The notes below the pieces were generated by a model, which did no database searches, was not told the origin of the DNA, and was given only the letters and a program-made list of their open reading frames with translations. 64,000 nt of DNA. Source: Spirochaetia bacterium (lineage in GTDB: Bacteria; Spirochaetota; Spirochaetia; CADAEX01). Both the position numbers and the translations under genes were made by a program. The stretch is from assembly GCA_045606105.1 (NCBI GenBank), contig JAZURI010000011.1, forward strand, positions 91,240-155,239, in the 5' to 3' direction. Within the stretch, counting starts at the first letter, position 1; each line of letters begins with the position of its first letter. Shown here one piece after another: positions 59,418 to 64,000 of this stretch.

Positions 59418-60082
59418 CTGTACTTGCTTTCGATACCAGTACCGATATTCTGGGAATCTGCCTGAAATCGGAGGATAAATACTACACATATACCGCAAAG
59501 GCGGGGCTCCGGCATTCCGAAACCCTGCTGACACAGATAGAGCATCTCTATACCAGCTCAGGTATCGATAAAAAAAGTACCGGACTGATTGTCTGCGCCA
59601 AGGGTCCCGGCTCCTTTACCGGGCTCCGTATCGGAATGTCCATAGCCAAGGGGCTTTCTGACGGATGGGGCATACCCATGGTTTCGGTTCCGACACTGGA
59701 TATCCTGGCTTACGGATACGACTACTTCGACGGTGCGGTAATGCCGGTGCTGGATGCCAGAAGCGGTAAGGTTTTTACAGCTGTATACAGGAACGGAAAA
59801 AGGATAACCGAATATCTGGACATAAAAAAAGAGGAGCTGCCTCCTCTTTTCTCCGAAAACGGAAAAGTACTTCTTACAGGCTCCTATGCACCTGCTGTCA
59901 GAGAGCTTTCCGGAAGTAACGAAAAGCTCTGTATTGCATCTGACTGGAACGACTGCCGCATACATTCCTGCATAAGGTTAGGAGAAAACCTTTTCGCTCA
60001 GGGAATCACCGATTCCGAAAATTCGGGACCGATTTATATCCGACCCAGCGAAGCGGAGCTTTCCAGGCAGACAATGGCTTAA
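59414..60082 (+). CDS. tsaB: t6A biosynthesis protein
   Basis: LAFDTS, HSE, GPGSFTGLRIG, DAR. Confidence 0.95.
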   Translation: MTVLAFDTSTDILGICLKSEDKYYTYTAKAGLRHSETLLTQIEHLYTSSGIDKKSTGLIVCAKGPGSFTGLRIGMSIAKGLSDGWGIPMVSVPTLDILAYGYDYFDGAVMPVLDARSGKVFTAVYRNGKRITEYLDIKKEELPPLFSENGKVLLTGSYAPAVRELSGSNEKLCIASDWNDCRIHSCIRLGENLFAQGITDSENSGPIYIRPSEAELSRQTMA

Positions 60083-60228
60083 GATTTTTTTCTGCTTTCG
60101 CAGAGGTCTTTTGAAGCACAGCTGCCGCACCCACAGCTGCACCCGCCGGATTTCTTGTTTTTAACCATCTTTATAATTATCGCAGTCACTATGGCTGCAA
60201 GAATTACCAATACTATAAAAGTTCCCAT
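60079..60228 (-). CDS. FeoB-associated Cys-rich membrane protein (49 aa, not in ORF track)
   Basis: MGTFIVLVILAAIVTAIIIKMVKNKKSGGCSCGCGSCASKDLCESRKKS*, after GAGGA RBS. Confidence 0.85.
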   Translation of the reverse strand: MGTFIVLVILAAIVTAIIIKMVKNKKSGGCSCGCGSCASKDLCESRKKS

Positions 60229-60240
60229 TCAAGTCCTCAA

Positions 60241-62352
60241 TCATTTATTGACTCTGTCAGGTCTTGCAACCAGATAGATAATAAGTCCGAGAGCTGCAAG
60301 TCCGAATACTGTACCGATACCGAAGCTTCCCGAGAATGCACTTCCCAGCTGATAGATAATCAGGGAAACCAGGTATGCCGCCACACACTGGTAAGTGATG
60401 GCTATTGCTGTCCAGCGGCCGTTGTTCATCTCTCTTCTGATGGCACCCATAGCTGCGAAACAAGGGGCACACAGCAGGTTGAATGCCAGGAAGGAATATC
60501 CTGCGAGAGGAGATCCGAGACCCTGGAAGTCCAGAACACCGAATACCGCAACTACCTCTTCCTTGGCCACAAGACCCATGATGGTAGCTACAACAGCAGT
60601 TGCATCTCCGAAACCGAGAGGAGCAAATATCCACTTCAGGCTGTCGCCAATGAGCCCCAGGATACTGTCAGACAATTCCATATCAGGATTGAATCCGAAG
60701 CGTCCATCTGTCCAGCCGAATACTGAACCTACCCAGATAACTATAGAAGCAACGAGAATGATGGTTCCCGCCTTCTTGATGAAGGACCATCCCCTTTCCC
60801 ACATGGAACGGAGCACATTTCCTGCTGTCGGAAGGTGATAAGCAGGAAGCTCCATTACGAACGGAGAAGGATTTCCTGCAAACAGTCTGGTTTTCTTCAG
60901 GATGATACCTGAGATTATGATAGCTGCCATACCCAGGAAGTATGCACTTGGTGCCACCCAGGCCGCATCGTTGAAAAGGGCCGATGAAACAAGGGCAATG
61001 ATAGGAAGCTTTGCACCGCACGGTATAAATGTGGTGGTGATGATAGTCATCTTCCTGTCTCTGTCGCTTTCGATGGTACGGCTGGCCATAACGCCCGGTA
61101 CACCGCAGCCTGTTCCGATAAGCATAGGGATAAAGGATTTTCCCGAAAGACCGAACTTGCGGAAGATCCTGTCCATGATAAAAGCAATTCTGGCCATGTA
61201 ACCGCAGGCTTCAAGCCAGGCCAGGAACAAAAAGAGAACCAGCATCTGAGGTACAAATCCCAGAACCGCACCTACACCGCCGATTATTCCGTCGATAACC
61301 AGTCCCTTGAGCCAGTCTGCACAACCGATGGCATCCAGGGCCGCTTCAGCTATCACAGGAATTCCCGGAATCCATGTTTCGGTTCCGAAAAGGCTGAAAC
61401 CGTCGCCGAAAAGACCGTCGTTGGTCCAGTCTGTAACATATGTACCCACTGTAGTTACGGAAACATAATAAACCAGATACATAACCAGGGCAAAGATAGG
61501 GAGAGCCAGGAAACGGTTGGTAACTATCCTGTCAATCTTATCTGAGGTTCCCAGCTGACCGCGGTTCTTTTTCTTACAGCACCCTCCGATGATGGAGGCA
61601 ACATAGGTATATCTTTCGTTGGCGATAATAGCTTCTGCATCATCGTCCAGTTCCTTTTCGCATTCCTTTATGTCATTATCGATATGATCCAGAATCTCCT
61701 TTTTCAGGTTTAAAATCTCCCGGACCTTCTCATCCCTTTCGAAAAGCTTGATTGCATACCAGCGCTGCTTTTCTTCCGGCATGTTGTGAAGAACAGCCTC
61801 CTCGATATGGGCAATGGCATGCTCAACGCAGCCGCTGAAGCTGTGGGTGGTTTTACCCTTGGTTCCGTTGTTTACTGCATCCACGGCAGAAAGGACTGCA
61901 GCATCGATACCGGTTTTTTTCAGGGCGGAAATTTCAATTACCGGACATCCCAGTTCCTTTGAAAGGCGTTTTATGTCGATGGAGTCGCCGTTCTTTGCCA
62001 CAATATCCATCATGTTCACGGCCACAACCATAGGAATCCCCAGTTCAGAAAGCTGGGTGGTAAGATAAAGGTTTCTTTCCAGGTTGGTTCCGTCCACGAT
62101 ATTCAGGATTGCATCGGGATGGTCAATGATAAGGTAATTTCTGGCTACCACCTCTTCAAGTGTATACGGAGAAAGGGAATAGATACCCGGGAGGTCGGTG
62201 ATTGTCACCTCCTTGTTGTTCCTGTAAGGGCCTTCCTTCTTCTCGACAGTAACTCCCGGCCAGTTTCCAACAAACTGGTTTGAGCCGGTAAGGGCGTTGA
62301 ACAGGGTTGTCTTTCCGCAGTTAGGGTTTCCGGCAAGTGCTATCCTGATCAT
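60241..62352 (-). CDS. feoB: Ferrous iron transporter B
   Basis: GNPNCGKT, VGNWPGVTVE, DLPGIYSL, TM domain. Confidence 0.97.
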   Translation of the reverse strand: MIRIALAGNPNCGKTTLFNALTGSNQFVGNWPGVTVEKKEGPYRNNKEVTITDLPGIYSLSPYTLEEVVARNYLIIDHPDAILNIVDGTNLERNLYLTTQLSELGIPMVVAVNMMDIVAKNGDSIDIKRLSKELGCPVIEISALKKTGIDAAVLSAVDAVNNGTKGKTTHSFSGCVEHAIAHIEEAVLHNMPEEKQRWYAIKLFERDEKVREILNLKKEILDHIDNDIKECEKELDDDAEAIIANERYTYVASIIGGCCKKKNRGQLGTSDKIDRIVTNRFLALPIFALVMYLVYYVSVTTVGTYVTDWTNDGLFGDGFSLFGTETWIPGIPVIAEAALDAIGCADWLKGLVIDGIIGGVGAVLGFVPQMLVLFLFLAWLEACGYMARIAFIMDRIFRKFGLSGKSFIPMLIGTGCGVPGVMASRTIESDRDRKMTIITTTFIPCGAKLPIIALVSSALFNDAAWVAPSAYFLGMAAIIISGIILKKTRLFAGNPSPFVMELPAYHLPTAGNVLRSMWERGWSFIKKAGTIILVASIVIWVGSVFGWTDGRFGFNPDMELSDSILGLIGDSLKWIFAPLGFGDATAVVATIMGLVAKEEVVAVFGVLDFQGLGSPLAGYSFLAFNLLCAPCFAAMGAIRREMNNGRWTAIAITYQCVAAYLVSLIIYQLGSAFSGSFGIGTVFGLAALGLIIYLVARPDRVNK

Positions 62353-62576
62353 TTCACCACCTCCACTTCCACGATTTCGGCATCATGCCTGCGGACAGAA
62401 AGCTCATACCCTCTGACTGTAATTTCAACAGGGTCTCCCAGCGGAGCCACTTTCCGTACATCAATGAGAACACCCTTTGTTATTCCCATATCCATAATCC
62501 GGCGCTTTACAGCCCCCTCTCCCCTGATAACCAGAACCCTGACACTCATTCCGGGTTTAACTTCCTTTAAAGTCAT
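62349..62576 (-). CDS. feoA: FeoA
   Basis: RRIMDMG, APLGDP. Confidence 0.93.
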   Translation of the reverse strand: MTLKEVKPGMSVRVLVIRGEGAVKRRIMDMGITKGVLIDVRKVAPLGDPVEITVRGYELSVRRHDAEIVEVEVVK

Positions 62577-62591
62577 TTATATCTCCTTTTA

Positions 62592-62807
62592 TTATTCTAC
62601 AACTATTCTGGAGGCCATTCCCCTGTTCAGGGCTATTCTGGACTCCTTGACTGCCACAATGAGATTTCCCCCGAATTCCGATACCACGGAAACCTCCTCC
62701 CCTTCGATGAAACCGAGATTGTTGAGATGACGCCTGGCATCATCCTTGCCATTGATCTGTCTGATAATGTATATATTTCCCTTTTCGGTGAATGTAAGTG
62801 GAATCAT
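62592..62807 (-). CDS. feoA: FeoA (first copy)
   Basis: MIPL..., HLNNLGF, SRIAL; ATG at 62807 after GGAGAGG. Confidence 0.88.
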   Translation of the reverse strand: MIPLTFTEKGNIYIIRQINGKDDARRHLNNLGFIEGEEVSVVSEFGGNLIVAVKESRIALNRGMASRIVVE

Positions 62808-62824
62808 GTCCTCTCCCATGGAAC

Positions 62825-62904
62825 AGTTAGTCAAGACTATCCGTTAGTTAAAACTAACTTATCAGCAGGGACAAAAAATGTCAAGCGGTTAGGGGAGACT
62901 AATT
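62825..62904 (-). promoter_or_regulatory. feo promoter with three GTTAG-N6-CTAAC-type palindromes (DtxR/MntR-family-like boxes)
   Basis: TTGACA (62884-62879)-17-TAAGTT with extended TG; boxes GTTAGTCAAGACTATC, GTTAGTTAAAACTAAC, GTTAGGGGAGACTAAT. Confidence 0.75.
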
Positions 62905-62920
62905 ATGAAAATATCAAAAC

Positions 62921-62950
62921 AAAAAAAATCCCTGCCGGAATGGCAGGGAT
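62921..62950 (-). terminator. Intrinsic terminator
   Basis: ATCCCTGCC-ATTCC-GGCAGGGAT plus T-run. Confidence 0.85.
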
Positions 62951-63015
62951 AAGTGCCGGGGTACTGTCGGGATCGTCAACCGCAGGAGGAATTACAGCAT
63001 ATTGTCTTACAAAAT

Positions 63016-63041
63016 AAAAAACCCCTGCCTTGCGGCAGGGT
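63016..63041 (-). terminator. Intrinsic terminator after the 63064 gene
   Basis: CCCTGCC-GCAA-GGCAGGG plus T-run. Confidence 0.85.
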
Positions 63042-63063
63042 CATGAACGGAGTCAGCCGATTG

Positions 63064-64000
63064 TTATTCTATTGTGACACCGTCTATTGTGATAACACCG
63101 TCTCCGCCTGTCTTGCTTGCATCTGCCTTGCTGCCGTGGAGTGTTGCACCTGTACAGGTTATTGTTCCGTCAGGGGTGTAATTTGTGTTATTATATGTTG
63201 CAAGTGCATAAAGTCCGGTATATGTTCCACCCTCAATTTCAATTTCTCCCTTTAAGGATGCAGCTACTGCAGTACCCTGCCAGTATTTACTTGCATCACC
63301 TTTATCTACAAAATTGGATGTTACGGTACAGTCCTTGATCTTAAATGCCTCTCCTGAAAGATCTGAACGTGAAACTTCAATACATGCACCGTTTCTGGAA
63401 ACAACTTCTGCTCCTTCAATTAAACCCTTGCATGCAATAAGGTAAATACAGTTTTCATTTCCGAAATAAGCATCATTGCTTGTCTTTTCAAAGTATCCGC
63501 CCTTGATTTCTACTGTAGCATAAGCCCAATGTATACAACTCTCATCTGGATTAGTTGAACAGAGGTCATTTGCTTCTCCGTGAGCATAGGAGGTAATTAC
63601 ACTTTTACTTGCAACAGCCCTTACATCAGTCAGCTTGATTACAGGACCGTCAGAGTATTCTGCAGGGTTATTGAGGAGAATAAGTCCGCAATGAGGTTTG
63701 TTTTCTCCGATAAGAGTTACGTTCTCGAGCTCAAGTGTTGCTCCCGGACCCACCTTGAAAAGGGCCTCCACCGGTTCGTCAGCTTCAATCACTGTTCCTC
63801 CGGCTGCTCCGTCCTTCATTGACTTTCCGCTGCCTGCAGACTGTCCCTTGATTACAAGGCTTCCTCCATCTTCAACAACGAATGCCGAACCGGAACCTTC
63901 ATACTCGATTTCTGAATCGCCTGTAAGCTGGATTACAACAGCTTTTCCTGCAGGGATTGTTATAGGGGCATCCAGATCCACGTCATCTGTAACATAAAGA
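63064..64000 (-). CDS. Beta-rich (probably beta-helix) surface protein, C-terminal part; 5' end outside window
   Basis: Frame stays open to the window edge; repeated I.GG.F/Y and I.DC.V motifs. Confidence 0.65.
   Translation of the reverse strand, partial: LYVTDDVDLDAPITIPAGKAVVIQLTGDSEIEYEGSGSAFVVEDGGSLVIKGQSAGSGKSMKDGAAGGTVIEADEPVEALFKVGPGATLELENVTLIGENKPHCGLILLNNPAEYSDGPVIKLTDVRAVASKSVITSYAHGEANDLCSTNPDESCIHWAYATVEIKGGYFEKTSNDAYFGNENCIYLIACKGLIEGAEVVSRNGACIEVSRSDLSGEAFKIKDCTVTSNFVDKGDASKYWQGTAVAASLKGEIEIEGGTYTGLYALATYNNTNYTPDGTITCTGATLHGSKADASKTGGDGVITIDGVTIE

Overview
Core-chromosome window of a diderm bacterium, most likely a Spirochaetota member. This placement is an inference from spirochaete-type lipoboxes, lolCDE, a short ~600-aa AlaRS and the LysM-ftsK and def-fmt-PASTA gene orders. 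Housekeeping genes include rsmA, comEC, htrA, uvrB, lolCDE, ftsY, frameshifted prfB, def/fmt, ftsK, dapL, glyA, rpe, alaS, tsaE/B and feoAAB. Other elements: tRNA-Pro(CGG), a TPP-riboswitch thiamine salvage operon, and an AT-rich HpaII-type R-M/Vsr/HNH island. Most notable: (1) three paralogous lipoproteins around tRNA-Pro whose architecture resembles a major/anchor/tip type V-like pilus locus; (2) a 1932-aa single-chain AddB-AddA helicase/double-nuclease fusion; (3) an AT-rich sulfotransferase-like cassette bounded by a perfect 60-bp direct repeat with no integrase; (4) apparent CCGG enrichment alongside a CCGG-type R-M plus Vsr; (5) an orphan truncated FliG-like gene. All functional calls come from motif recognition by eye; no database searches were run.
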